Shown one piece after another: positions 14,501 to 26,758 of a stretch of 64,000 bases of DNA. Source of the stretch: Zygnema circumcarinatum SAG 698-1b (taxonomy: Eukaryota > Plantae > Zygnematophyceae). The stretch is from the NCBI GenBank assembly GCA_037447605.1, contig CM074806.1:186001-250000 (forward strand). The letters run 5' to 3'. Both the position numbers and the translations under genes were made by a program. The notes under the pieces were generated by a model that saw nothing but the letters and a program-made list of their open reading frames with translations, was not told the DNA's origin and did no database searches. Positions within the stretch are counted from its first letter, which is position 1. The number at the start of each line of letters is the position of its first letter.

Positions 14501-16563
14501 CGCCTTCTCTCTATCAGTGTGCTATCTGGACGATCAGGGTCTGGCATCTCCGACTTCTTTAGAACCTCAACAGCTTCCATGCTTGTCTCAGTTTTTGGTT
14601 TTCTAAGCCTGCAGAAGATCCAAATGGTAACCATATGCTCAACAGTGTCATTTCTGACGAGAGGACGAATGATGACGACAACGACAATTTCTGCCTCCAG
14701 AACAATGTTAAGTACATAGGCTTGCAGAAAACTGATTCAAATCAGGTTGGTTAATTATAAAGACCAAGACACAATCCACCAAAATAGACGACAAGACCAA
14801 ACAGCCCGGCTAAATTCTCGTCACCTGAAGAGAATGAGAAGATTTTTCCAAAGCCTGTAGAGAACGGCGTCAATTTTTTCGTTTGGGAAAAGTCCACTGG
14901 TCCGATCTACGCCGACTCCACGCCTGAATATTAAGTACTGTAGAGAAGGAAACAGCCAAGGCGAATAAGGACATAATCAAAAATTTCATTTTCCCTTGAG
15001 AAGGCTTTGCTCTGTTTCCTTCAGTGTCAAAGACATCATGACGGCACCATACAACTCGACGGCTCGCGCTTAACAACCAGTATCAGAATTGCAGAAGTGG
15101 AAATGCACAATCTAGTAAACTGTCAGCTAAGGCGTTGTAAATTTCAAACAACTACTGAAGATTAGATCCGAGTGCAAAGACATGATGATGATGATTACCT
15201 GATGTGCAAATGATGGCTGGTTGGGATGCGGATGCTTCTCAAAGTACTTAGGCAACATCTTTGGGTCCAGCTGCAATATCCAAAAAAAATAGATTAGCAT
15301 ACAGAATTAGACATGGAAGGTCTAGGCGAACCTCGGGACGTCAAACCACCAAAATGACTCCATATTACATCCATCAACACTCCCAGCAGGAAAATATTAA
15401 CTTCAACCGAAGTAAAGAATCGACATTGATGGTGCGCATAATGCATCCATCCGCAATCTTTGGAACAAAATCGTCACACAATCATACAACACGATTACAA
15501 ACGCCTGATTGTGATGCTTTCAGCCAAGCGACCAGGTGCAGATTTCCGCACATACAAAAGAAAGGTTAGATAGCCAACAGACCTTACTGAAATCAACCTT
15601 GATAGGAAGGTCCAACAGGTAGTGTCCACTTGTTGCCACTTCCAATTCGGTATCTGTCAAAAGCTTGAACTGACTCTTCTCCATCACTCGGAATAAGGTC
15701 GTCAAAAATTGGTCTTCCAGAGTCTCAACTTGTGCCGGTGAGAGATTCTGTTTCTCCAGTCTTTTTTGGCCACCGATGGGATCAAAAAGCATGTATAATT
15801 GCTGTACAATTCAACAAAATGACCACAAGGTATTAGATTGAGCTGAGGTTGAAATATAGCGAGTGTACTCTCACAACCGTGATTGCAGTAAAGCGGGAGA
15901 AAAAAGTAAAGGATTTCAGAACAACCATCATTTCTTCGAATTGCTTATGATACCAGGCTCGAATCATAGCCTCCACCCTGGTACAAAAGATCAGAAACTC
16001 CTTCTTGTCTGCATCATTGACTGCGATGAACCAAAAAACAGACGACATCAATTGTTGCCCCTGTTCAAAAGGAGGGGACGAAAGATGCTTTGCTAACATT
16101 CACAATCAGACCAAAGGGATAATAACAATACGGATTTACGATCGATTGACGTTCAATTTGATGAACTGAGTTGCTGAGTTACTATAGCTTAGCCCAGTTG
16201 ACTACGCTTCAAACATCTAGAACACGTCATCATTTGCTTCAAACGATAAATTTTGCAGAAATAATTTTAGTACTCTAATATGGTCCCATTTCGAAATTCA
16301 GATTGCAACTTTCACTTCCAATGTAACAAATCTAATCGCCAGCCTGAATCCTAGGAGAAATTGGTCAGTTAACATACTTATCAGCTCTAAGAGGCCTGCA
16401 ACAAGCCGAGGTTTCATGGTATTGATAACCGACTCGCGTTCAATTGAGATAACATCGTTTTTCTTCTGATTTCCTCCCTGCACAAGATAGACTCGGACTC
16501 AGCAGTTTTCATCATTAAGCTTTCAGCTGCCAATGAAGTATTGAGCAGAGCAATACATACCAT
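11518..16563 (-). CDS. DUF3754 family protein (At3g19340/At5g13940-like), multi-exon
   Basis: ATG at 16563 is followed directly by an intron, then GGNQKKNDVISIERESVI. Further exons: RVEAMIRAWY, LFDPIGGQKRL...VMEKSQF...YLLDLPIKVD, PEKKTPSLAPQDWLRFLI, YNSLITQSMYNKSLDSGRGTLLHLSHDVIQQE, FDVEDAIQKL, and ANDIIGVTTDEIVDRLQ-stop. Internal exon boundaries not all traced. Confidence 0.9.
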
Positions 16564-17269
16564 TTTCAACTCGATTCGGACTGAAAGAAAAAAGAGGTCT
16601 TGATCGAAGGAGCGGCACTGTCCTGGAGCAAACAATCATATAGAACTGGTCATGTCGTCACAATCCACAACACACATCTCAACACTTGTATCTCGATAGG
16701 GTCTCAATTGGCACGAGTGCCTTCCCTTTCCCGATAAAAGTGGAAACGCAATAGTCTTTAACTACAAATTTCCAGCGCACAATGAAAAAGAAAGCCGTTT
16801 ATGCAAGCAAGAAGAAAACTTGCGTAAAAGGACACGTCCTGACTCTATTCTATCCTTGTCGGCCTCACTCTGCTTCTCCAAAGTTTCTCCTTTCCTTCTG
16901 TTTTCTCGCGTTAGTCAATCTTCTGCCTTGACATTCATTCACTACAGAAACACTCTCAACGTCTTCCACGCACTCCACTCCATTCCTTTTCACCTGCTCT
17001 CTGCAGCACAATCTAAACTCCATTTATCCCCTTCTACAAAACCGCAAAAAAATCCTTACCAAGAGCTCCTTATCAGGAGTCTCCGCAGATGCGAGGGTTG
17101 CTCCTGCAAGAGCAGCAGGCCTTCAAGCAAGCATGTCGACTAGATCAATAGCACGAAGCAAGCTCCTATACCGCTTCCAAGATTTCCTCGACGGGCAGGC
17201 AGCAAAAAAAAAAAAGAACCTTTCAGACGGCGGCAGCCATGGTTGCAGATACAATCTGCAGGCGCCTTC

Positions 17270-17520
17270 CCTCCGCAGGACACGCGCTCCAAGCAGGTGG
17301 CAGGGGCGCCAGGAGGCGGCCACCTGGCGGCCAGAGCAAGGGCCACGTGGCGCCAGGGCACGGAGGCTGCCCGTTAGGACCCAGCGCCACGTGGCCGCCC
17401 GAAAGAAAGTCGTTGGCCCAAATATTTTTTTTTTCGTGTACGGGCTGCCCGGACGGCTGCCACCCGCATCCAGTCCGCTTGTCGGCCGGCTGTCCACCTG
17501 TCGTTTCGTTTGATAGCTAA
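17270..17520. promoter_or_regulatory. GC-rich promoter block with G-boxes upstream of the DUF3754 gene
   Basis: GCCACGTGGC at ~17342 and ~17386, GCCACCTGGC at ~17318 and a site-II-like GGCCCA at ~17415. Confidence 0.5.
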
Positions 17521-17529
17521 GGGCACAGC

Positions 17530-18060
17530 CTAGTGACACATTTCGTACTTTCATTGGCGACTACGAAAACATCTGAACAACGTGTCGTCCTTTCATTGGG
17601 GACGACAAACACATCTGAATGACACGTGTCGTTACTTCATTAGCGACTAAAAGCACATATAACAACACGTGTCGTTCTAACCAGCACATTTTATGGACAC
17701 GTGTCGCTCTCTCATTGGAAAATAACACCTGTCATACTTTCATTGGTGACTAAGAGCACGTTTTAAACGACACGTGTCGTTCTTTCACTGGCAATAACGG
17801 ACACATCTGAACGACATCGTTCTTTCATTGGCGACTGCGGGCACATCTTAACGACACGTGTCGGCTTTCATTGGCTCTGAAGAGCACATCTAAAAAGAAC
17901 ACGTGTCGTTCTTTCATTGAAAATTCCACGTGTCGTTCTATCATTGGCGATTGCGAGAACATACTGATTGACACGTGTCAGATTATTCAACTGGAGTCTA
18001 GGGGCACACTTTAACGACAGGTGTTGTCCTTTCATTGGACACTACGGACGCAACCAAACG
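17530..18060. repeat. Degenerate tandem array of ~13 units of ~30-46 bp (consensus about GACACGTGTCGTTCTTTCATTGGCGACTANGGGCACATCTGAAC)
   Basis: Units start near 17533, 17579, 17621, 17664, 17696, 17726, 17769, 17812, 17853, 17898, 17926, 17969 and 18015. Confidence 0.9.
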
Positions 18061-18227
18061 ACAGATCGCACAGCTTACAGGTCGAACAAGTGTCCATGTG
18101 CTCACACTGTCTTGGTTGCAGTTTCAGTGATGGTGGAACAAACAACGCAGCGGGATAACATGGAAACGGACACCGCAAAAGGCCAGGCTCGACTAGAATG
18201 TCTCGATGGTTAAAAAGAGGAGGTTGT

Positions 18228-18290
18228 GGCATTGATCTCACGATGGTGATGCCATCAAATGTACAAAGAGAGAAAAAAAGAGTTAGAAAA
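18228..18290 (+). repeat. Dispersed repeat family, truncated copy
   Basis: GGCATTGATCTCACGATGGTGATGCCATCAAATGTACA matches the start of the 5367 and 48635 copies. Confidence 0.7.
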
Positions 18291-18586
18291 AGTTTGAGCG
18301 AAGCCTTTCATGCATTGTTGAGGCCAACATACTCGCCTTCCCAAAGTAGGGAATCAACCCCCCATCAATTCGCCTCGTCTGAAATCGCAAGCAAGAGTTA
18401 AGCAGTATCTCCCTTCCACCCAGAAGAAGGACATCTGTTTGAGGATTTGAGAGCCTTCTTGTACAATGGGACATGGTGGGCTGCCCGCCGAAGCATATTC
18501 GCTATGTTACAGAACATACCATCCAAGTACCGACAATTTTTTTGAGAAAAAGGAGAGTCAGTGGAGAGCTGTAAGCAGCAGGAATT

Positions 18587-21500
18587 CTACGAAACAAAAC
18601 GGGTGCCAAAAATTCGAAAACTGCGAGTCTCCCATTGCCGCGATTTGTCTCGGTAGAACGAATTGAGGCAACACTTTATCCAGGGGGGCTCCCTCGGCTG
18701 ACTGCCGTCCATTCCCCCCCCAAGAATCACCTCCATCTTGCGTCTCACAGCCTCAAAGGCAGCACTATCAGTGTGAAACTCCTTTGCTGGCACACCGCCA
18801 AAAAACTCGACCTATGGATATTGCCACAAACCATACAATACCATACGCTCGCAGTAAGTATAAGCTGAAAGGTGCATGCTTTTCATTACCCTGACCACTT
18901 GATATTCACAGCAACAGGGGGAGCTCAAAGCAGAGGAGACGAGGAAGGGAAGGAGAGGCGGCAGGAGGAAGGAAGGGGGGTTTGCTGTCATGGAGTATTA
19001 CCGCTTCTTTCTTGCTCAAAGACGCATACAATGTGCCTGTTGCGTCCTGAAGGGTGAAACACATGCGGTACATGTGGCTGCCAAGGGAAGACTGATCGGT
19101 CGCTTGCAGCTTCGCAGTTTCTTCACAAAGATTCTCTACCTTTGGAGGGAAAACATCCACCACTTGAACTAAGCAGCGGAAATTATATGTAACCTGGCAA
19201 CAAACCAAGGGAAGGTTGATAAGAAGGGAGAACTTCAGCAGAATGCCTGTCTAGACATTCCTTAGTACGGAGAGAAAGGTAGGATGCCAAAGCGAGCCGA
19301 GCCTCATCTCACCTGCTCGTGACATAAAACCTCTCGGAGAGTGGAATAAGGGACTCCCTCGTGGTCGATCACTGCACTGCCCTTCACCCTCAATTACATT
19401 TCATGAGAACGACTTCCACACTGTGGACCAGATCAGGGTTCTCCGCCCCTCCTTACCTTTGGGAGCTGCAGAAGTTGGGTCCTAATCCGCACATAACTAA
19501 ATTGACGCAAAAAATAACTGCTGAAAGGGGTGAGGACATTGTTGACTCGCAACTCACAAAAGGGTTGACTTCCAGATCAGAATTCCCCCATATTCAAGTT
19601 ATGCTCGAAATATTGAAAGGACCTACCTGTAGGCGACTTCAAAGTGAACACCCTCTTGGCTAGAGTCGTCGCCTCAGATATCCAACGCTCGCAATAAGCC
19701 CTGTCATTCCAGCTCCCTCAGCTCAGCTCAGCGCATCGTTTTTTATCTACAGTTCTCAAAGGTCACGTAAGTTTTGCTTCCTTATTACATGATGTCTCAC
19801 ATTGTTATCTCTACTCAATGTCCACTCTGCTGTACATCGTGGTGCCCTTAACCTCACCTCTCTATATCCTTTACGTGTGGGCAGTCGTTCTCCAATAGGG
19901 TCACCTTGCTGTGTCTTAGAAACACAGCTTCAAGGGTTGTATTCGTCTTCTGACACAACAGATTTTGAAAAAGGAGCCATGTTCCAAGCACCGGAGGTCG
20001 TCTGGCGAGTTCAAGCGGAGGATTTTTCACTATGACGGGCAAAATTGTACCAAGTTTTGGACTGTCACGAAGAGCTTCTCGAGGTGGGCCCCCTGTACTT
20101 CCTGAAACAATAGTCGACAAGATGGTTGACCAGTTGACCAAAGCAGTGCGCCTGCAAAGGAGCCGGACAGTTCCTCACTTTCAGTCTCTGCAAGACGAAA
20201 ATCTGAAAATCTGTATCGTCCACTAGTGCCCAAACATCTCTTTCCAGTTGAACCATCTTGAGTAGCTTTGCTTAAAGATCTTTTACATGAAGGTATAGTT
20301 TTTGAAGAGATACACCAAAACAGGAGCAGTGCAAGTTCGACAGCTTCTGAGGTCAGACTCCTTCTACGTAGATACATGGTATACTCACAAAATGAATAAC
20401 TCACGGTTGAATTGGGCTAGCCAGAGCGTCAGTTCCGTCCCAGACATGAAACTTGATGTTGACGGCTCCTGGATTTTCTGCGTATATTAACTGCGAAGCA
20501 AAATGATTGTCATTGATGAGAAGCTACAAGGCTGAGCTGCAGTAAACTTCTATGCCAATCCATACACCCTTCGAGAGCAAACATGATTCATCTTTTATTA
20601 CAGATTTTGGAAAATGACCGAGTCGGTAGGCCCCCGTCCATCATGCCCCACGGATCCATCTGGTTTAATCGGTCTCATAAGGGAACAACGTGTCAATAAA
20701 GTTCAGAGCAAACTCACTTTGCAGCGTAGGTCAAAAGTGACTTTATCTCTGAGTTCTGATAGTTTGAGAAGAGGTGCAGAGGGCCTCATCTGACCTGCAA
20801 AACAGCCATTGTGGTTAAGTGAACTGCTGTATGCCTATACATTATTGCTAAATAAACGAACCACTCTCAGCTGAAGCGTGCAGTTTAATGCCATGTCTAA
20901 TGCATGTGGTATTTCACATTTCACCTTTTTCTCTTTTTTCACCTTTTCACCCTTTCACATATTTGCCCAAAGAAATTGCCCTGCTTGTCTTGTCAGGACC
21001 ATTGGCTCCTAAATAAATCATACCTATATCCACAGGATGTTCCGCAGCCCATTCCCGAAGCTCCTGTATGCGCGTTGAATCAGCATCTCCCATAGTGTAT
21101 CTGGGCGAGGAGCTGTAATACGGCTCAAAAGGATCACTCATACTTAGCGGAATCCTGTGAAAGACACAGAAACTGCACCCACGATGCATCTGCGCCACAG
21201 CCTGAGGCGCATCCCGATAGATTTGCATCTGTTTCCACCACAGTTTTCCATCCCGGAAAGCACTTGTGAGCAGTAGGAATCTTGCCATGATTTCAGCTCT
21301 TTCCGCAGCAGGTCTCTTCCTGGAATAGATGCTGGCTTGTTTACAGCACACGACACCAACTCGTATGCTCATCATACTCCGGCGTTCAGTCCAGCTCCCC
21401 AAATACTTACAAGGACACGATGGCACCGAATGATATCACCAACTGCCTGAATTTTGGGCAACATTTCTTTGTCTTTTGCGAAGACCACCACTTCCAACCC

Positions 21501-22054
21501 TGGATGTTTTATCGGGCTCATGTCCATCAACGTAAAGGAGCACATCATGTCTGCAGCAGAAATGAACCATATCACTTCACAACCGTAGTTTAATTTGCTA
21601 TGAGTATCTTATTCAGCAGCTTGCATTTCTGAACTGAAGTAAAGGCCTTTGGAAATCAAAAGTTGTCCGGTACAAATTGCTGTTCATATTGCCATTTTGA
21701 ACGTCGCCATAGATGGTAGAATTATTCCATTTCGTCGCATCTATTCAAAGCAGATGCGTCAGGATGAACCGTACACCTGGTAACTGTGTTTGCTATCTAC
21801 TTTCACACCTCGACACTTTGCATTCCATGAGCTAAAATTTCCCCGTAAGATAACGGAAGCGTGATATAGCAGCTTTTGTCTTTCCCCACAGGGACGAAGG
21901 CGGATACCTTGACCTTCGGTTTGACTTGGAGGCGTCATATTGGCCACAATGCCATAGAAGTTGACTCGCAGCCCAGTACAGGACATTGCATCTGGCAGCG
22001 AAACATACTCGTGTGGTCGGTGTGGATTTGGCTCCTGCTCTGGACACAAGGGAC
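18587..22054 (-). CDS. POT1: Protection of telomeres 1 (telomere ssDNA-binding OB-fold protein); start codon not located
   Basis: OB1: YVSLPDAMSCTGLRVNFYGIV...CSFTLMD...GLEVVVFAKDKEMLPKIQAVGDIIRCHRV. OB2: HVWDGTDA and PKLGTILPVIV. C-terminal FRCLVQVVDVFP, YRMCFTLQDATG and PREPPWIKCCLNSFY...WETRSFRIFGT all match plant POT1. Most upstream exon identified has an acceptor at 22055. Confidence 0.88.
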
Positions 22055-23524
22055 CTGTTAAAGCAAAGCAGCGCGGTCTTCTGCAGCCTTTTGTGTGCTA
22101 GGATGTTACGCCACCATGCCAAATCACCGATGATTTGAAGGGATGAGAGGGAGGACAACGAGGAAAGACATGCAACAACGGCTTGTGTATAAGAAGTTCT
22201 TCAAAATATTTTAGAATCTAGAATTCAGAATATACTCGTCTTTGTGTCTGAATGTAGCTGTATTTTCACGACCTTTGACCAGCTGAGAGCAAGTAGAAAG
22301 TGGAGCAAGTATGCAATGCATCTTTCTGGTTGCATTTCCTGCCGAAAGCATCAAATTAGAAAATGGAAAATCATCGTTTGGCCTCGGATTCAAAATGGCG
22401 GACCTTGCGCCCTGCATTCCTTGCCCTGCCAGGCGCCGGTGCCTCCATGGAATGGATGGCACTGGCCGGCCCAAGCTCCAGCACAACGCGGCTCTCACCT
22501 CTTGTTGCCGACTGCAGGCGGCTGCGACTTCATGGCCAAGCACCTCCAATAAGGACTCGCCACGTGTGCGGAAGTGTCCACGTGGCGAATCGTCATTGGA
22601 TTATGCTCCCCGTGGTTTCGCAAAAGACTGGAGAGGGAAGGGCGGGACACAGCTTGAAAAAGAGAGAGAGTTTGAAAAAGCGACGAAGTAAGTTGAGGCA
22701 CGCGAGGGACAGACAAGCCTTTAAGTGAAATGCTTACAGCCGTTCTGCACTGGAGTTTAAACCAAAACAACAAGGAATCTGACTCCAAGGATTTTAAAAA
22801 AAAAAAAAAAGGAAAAAAAGGATCTCGCGGTGCCTCATGAAGTGCGTGAAATAGTTATTTGAGGCCCGCTCTGACTTGAATACCATTCGCTTACATGAAA
22901 CTTTGGTGAAACGACACGTGATATGGAGTTTCCTTGTGCATTGGAACTGAGGTGTTGGAAAAACTGTTTCTTTGTTTTAAAGTTTTCTAGCCCCAAATAA
23001 CGTTAGTTTTTAACACATGATCATAAGAGCACTTATATCCCACTGAATGCAGCTCCTCTGTTGCTTGGGGGAGAGAGGGTCCATCCTCATATGAAAGTCG
23101 AGGCATCTGTAACTAGGTAACTGACAATATGAGTCAAACTCACCACAAGTCAATTTGAGCAAGTGACTGGTTTGTACATCTCCTGTTTGGGTTTCTAGAG
23201 TTTTTAAGCCCTAAAAGACTGCCTGCTCAAGCTTTCAAATAGCCAGGAACGTTCTGAAAACGCTCCTGCTTACAGCCCTAATTGCTGCACGCATTCAGCC
23301 AAACTTATTACATGCTGGAAACTAATCTTCACCTTAAGGTCCTCTACTGCCAAACAACCCTAAAGATCCTCCTCTATAAGAAAAGCGAAAAAGATGCCTC
23401 CGTATGTGACCCCAAAGTCCCTCAAAATGCTCCAAAGAGAGCAGCTGTACACAAAAAATAATTGCAGCAATTTGGCGTCTGCCACTCTAAAACTCCTAAA
23501 AACCACGAGTAAAGGACAGAGCCT

Positions 23525-25177
23525 CTATACCGCCATTGGGAAAGGCATATCCTCATCTCCATTATCCTCTCCCAAAAGACGAATGCCATCAATCTTCTGC
23601 TTGAGCACTTCAATTGCAGTAAGAAACATTTTCTCTGAACTGAGGGCACCTGTCGACTCGATAGTAAAAAGAAAGCTGTCTTGTTTGGCAGTGATTTCCA
23701 CAAGTCCGGGCTTCTTCATCATTTCAGCTTTTTTTATGACCTCCTCATCATAAGCATATAGCTCTGAATCCACCACAACCACCTGCATTCAAGCCAAGGA
23801 AAAGGTTATTGATACTACTTACAAACTGCAAGGCTGTTCTAATTTTCGATAGAGTTTACAGGTTACAGAGTCAACTCACGCTTTATACGGTGTACAATAC
23901 AATGTACAAGTTTCACTTTTTTCTCTACAGAAACTATGACCGACTGCAAATAGCGACCCCCTCCACCATCCAAACTCTCCTCCTAACAAATCCTTTACAA
24001 ATCCCAGACCACAAAAACCACTTCCTAGACTCCAAGAGATTCTTCTGTAAGGCCCAACAAATTCTAAAACAGAGCAAACACAAATCCAGCAAAAGCTGCA
24101 TAGGCAATGAACGCTGAATGCAGCTTCACGACCACAACATCCAAAATCCTTTCTAATTCACCTCTCATAAGATTAAGAACTCTCGTTCCCCAGACAGATG
24201 TCCCTGCTTCCAAGTTCCAAGCAACGTATCAATACCTGGTTTGTGGTTGGATCAATATCAAAGACCTTTGTTGGAGAGCTATCGACCCACTCCCTCTTCT
24301 CGTCTAGCGATAACGTTTCCATCAGATTCTGATTGATGTAAATTTCTGGTTCATATTGAAAAGTGACAGTTGCAGCCGGAGACCATTTTGCGTGATCCTT
24401 TCCAATGCCCTTCCTTGCAACGGCTCGGAGTTTGAGCTCCTGTCCTCGACGAAGTTTCACTATCAAGATGCCCCTGGCGGTAAGAAAAGAGAATGTATAT
24501 ATATACTTTTTTTTATTTTTTTGATCCTACAACTCAAACAGAAGAAAGGTTTGGTTTTCAAGTGGGTGTAGCAAATTGGAAACTGGTTTCAATCCAGAAA
24601 CAAATGTCTAATAAAAATAACTTTGGGATTCACTTTCGCGAATTACATCAATCATGGCAAAGAAATGTGTAAAAGAAGACGAAGGGGAGGAGAACCCGGA
24701 AAAAAAAAAAAACCATATGGTCTGCGCTTACTTCTGTTCAGACTGTCCATAGTCGCCCTCCCCTCTGCAGTCGACCGGCACGACGGTATCCGACGACGAG
24801 CGGAGGTCTTTACTTGTCACGTCCAAGGTTTCGTCTGAGGTGCATTTCACGTTCAGAGTGAACTCTATTGCGCAGTAGGAACAAGGCGTGTCGCCGTCGC
24901 ACTCTTCACAGTCGCGGGAGAATTTCATGGACATGGCGTCGTCAGAGACGAGAGGAATCAACCCTAATCTGTGTGCCAAAAACTCATCGTTCAGGACGGA
25001 GGAATTGGAGGCGATTTCCACGAGGTCTATGGCGATAGTGGGGACGTCAGCGATCATGACGCGGCGGAGGGCGTTGGCGATGCTCGGGTCCGTGTCCCGC
25101 AGCTCGAACTTCAGGAAGTCGTCCCGCAGCTCACGGATCTTCACTGTCGGGAAGCGCTGCAGGGCCGGAGCGTCCAT
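23525..25177 (-). CDS. NRPB3: RNA polymerase II (shared with Pol IV/V in plants) third-largest subunit
   Basis: Exons 25177-24732, 24473-24236, 23782-23525. [38 protein letters not shown], Cys Zn-loop, [31 protein letters not shown] and [11 protein letters not shown]. Confidence 0.97.
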
Positions 25178-25232
25178 GGGAGCTCCCTCTCTCTCTCTCT
25201 CCCTTCCTCCCTCTCTCGTTAACTCTCTGTCC

Positions 25233-25288
25233 CTCTCCCTCTCTGGCGAGGACTCTTTCCCTCTCCCTCTCTGGCGAGGACTCTTTCC
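25233..25288. repeat. 28-bp perfect tandem duplication in the RPB3 5' UTR
   Basis: CTCTCCCTCTCTGGCGAGGACTCTTTCC twice (25233-25260, 25261-25288). Confidence 0.85.
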
Positions 25289-25924
25289 CTCTCCCTCGCC
25301 CCCTCGCTCCCTCTGTCCTTTTCTTGCTACCGCCCTCTCCCCCACTCCCTCTCTCGCTGGCTCTGCCCGTCCTCTCGCCTCCCGCTCGTCGATCTGCGGT
25401 GTGCGCTCAGCGGTTTGGGACAGACAACGCGTCTCCGCTGTGAGCTAGATCCAATTTCAATCCAATGGAGAGTCGCCACGTCGACAAGTTACTCTAGAGG
25501 TGTGCATGTAGATCTCCCTGCCGTTCGATGTCCAGTTACAAAATTTGTTGAGTAACTTACATGTTTCTTAACTGTCGGCAATTTCTGTTTCACGCTTTGA
25601 GTTTTTGTCGTCATGCGTTTTTGTCTCACTATCGGTAAAGTCTGAACCGTCCATTCTGAGATCGGATGGCTGCCCTGCGCAGGCCTGCCACGTGGCATGG
25701 AGCACCGACCAATTTCCAGGTTGTCCGCTCGCAGCCGTCCGTCCGGCCGGCCACGTCCCGTCGGCGCCCGTCCGCGCGCTGCGACCTGCGCCGTCCGATG
25801 GGCGGCTGCCCGATCCCGAAATCGGAGGTCAAGGCCCCCCATCGTCACAGACCTACGGGATTGGGCCTAGGCTCTTAAGTGATGGACTGTAGGCCGTAGA
25901 AGTTGGAGGCTAGCGGATGGGGAT

Positions 25925-26400
25925 GCCGCCATCCCCGCCAGGAGGTGGGGAGATGGGGAGGCGGGGATGGAGGGAGACAGGGATGGAGGGATGGGGAGAG
26001 AGGGCCGGGGCGGGTAGGGAGGGGAGGGTAGGGGGAGGGAGGGGAAGGGAGGGAAGNNNNNNNNNNAGGGAGGGAGGGAGGGAGGGATGGGCAGAGAGGG
26101 ACGGGAAGGTGAGGAGAGGGTCGGGGATGGGAAGGGAAGGGAGAGACGGGAGGGAGGGAGGGAGGGAGGGAGGGAGGGATGGGGAAAGAGGGACGGGAAA
26201 GTGAGGAGAGGGTCAGGGATGGGAAGGGAAGGGAGAGACGGGAGGGATGGAGGGAGGTAGAGAGGGGAGAAAGGGGAGAGAGGGAGGGAGGGAGGGATGG
26301 GGAGAGAGGGACGGGGAGGTGAGGCGAGGGTAGGGGGGGGGGAGGGAAGGAAGGGTAGGAAGGGAAGGGAGGGAGGGATGGAGGGGGAGGCCTCACTCGG
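25925..26400. repeat. Purine-rich (GGGA)n tract with internal ~90-bp degenerate repeats and a 10-N gap
   Basis: The AGAGGGACGGGAAGGTGAGGAGAGGGTC block recurs at ~26095, ~26187 and ~26305. N at 26057-26066. Confidence 0.85.
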
Positions 26401-26758
26401 GAAAGAATACAAAAGAATGTACCACATGTAATTCGTTGTTAAATTTCATAAACCCGGACAGCATGTTCCTACTTCATACACTGAACCAAATAAATGTCTA
26501 CAGCCAACCGATAGCAAGTTCTATTTAAGTTCGTTTTTTCCGCCTACATAAACCAACCAACTGCTGTTCCTTCCCAGACATTGACAGACCGAGAGGCGTC
26601 CCCTTTACCTCCGGGAAGAAGCACAAGAAGTGCTCTGTATAACAACCAAACTAAAGCAAGTGTAACAAGAAGCCTATGCCAGTGAATAGCTGCGCTTGAA
26701 ACCTAGTCTCTCCTGAGAAATAAGTGTCATTCTGCATACGCCCTGCAATCTCTTTGGA

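Noticed and set aside
14660-15210. ATGATGA...CTGA box C/D snoRNA-like motifs in DUF3754 introns or exons
   Set aside because: They are (ATG)n microsatellite or coding sequence without terminal stems or guide complementarity. No tRNA, rRNA or snRNA was recognised anywhere in the window.
17530-18060. CRISPR-like repeat/spacer appearance
   Set aside because: Eukaryotic context, degenerate repeats, inter-repeat segments homologous to each other, and no cas genes.
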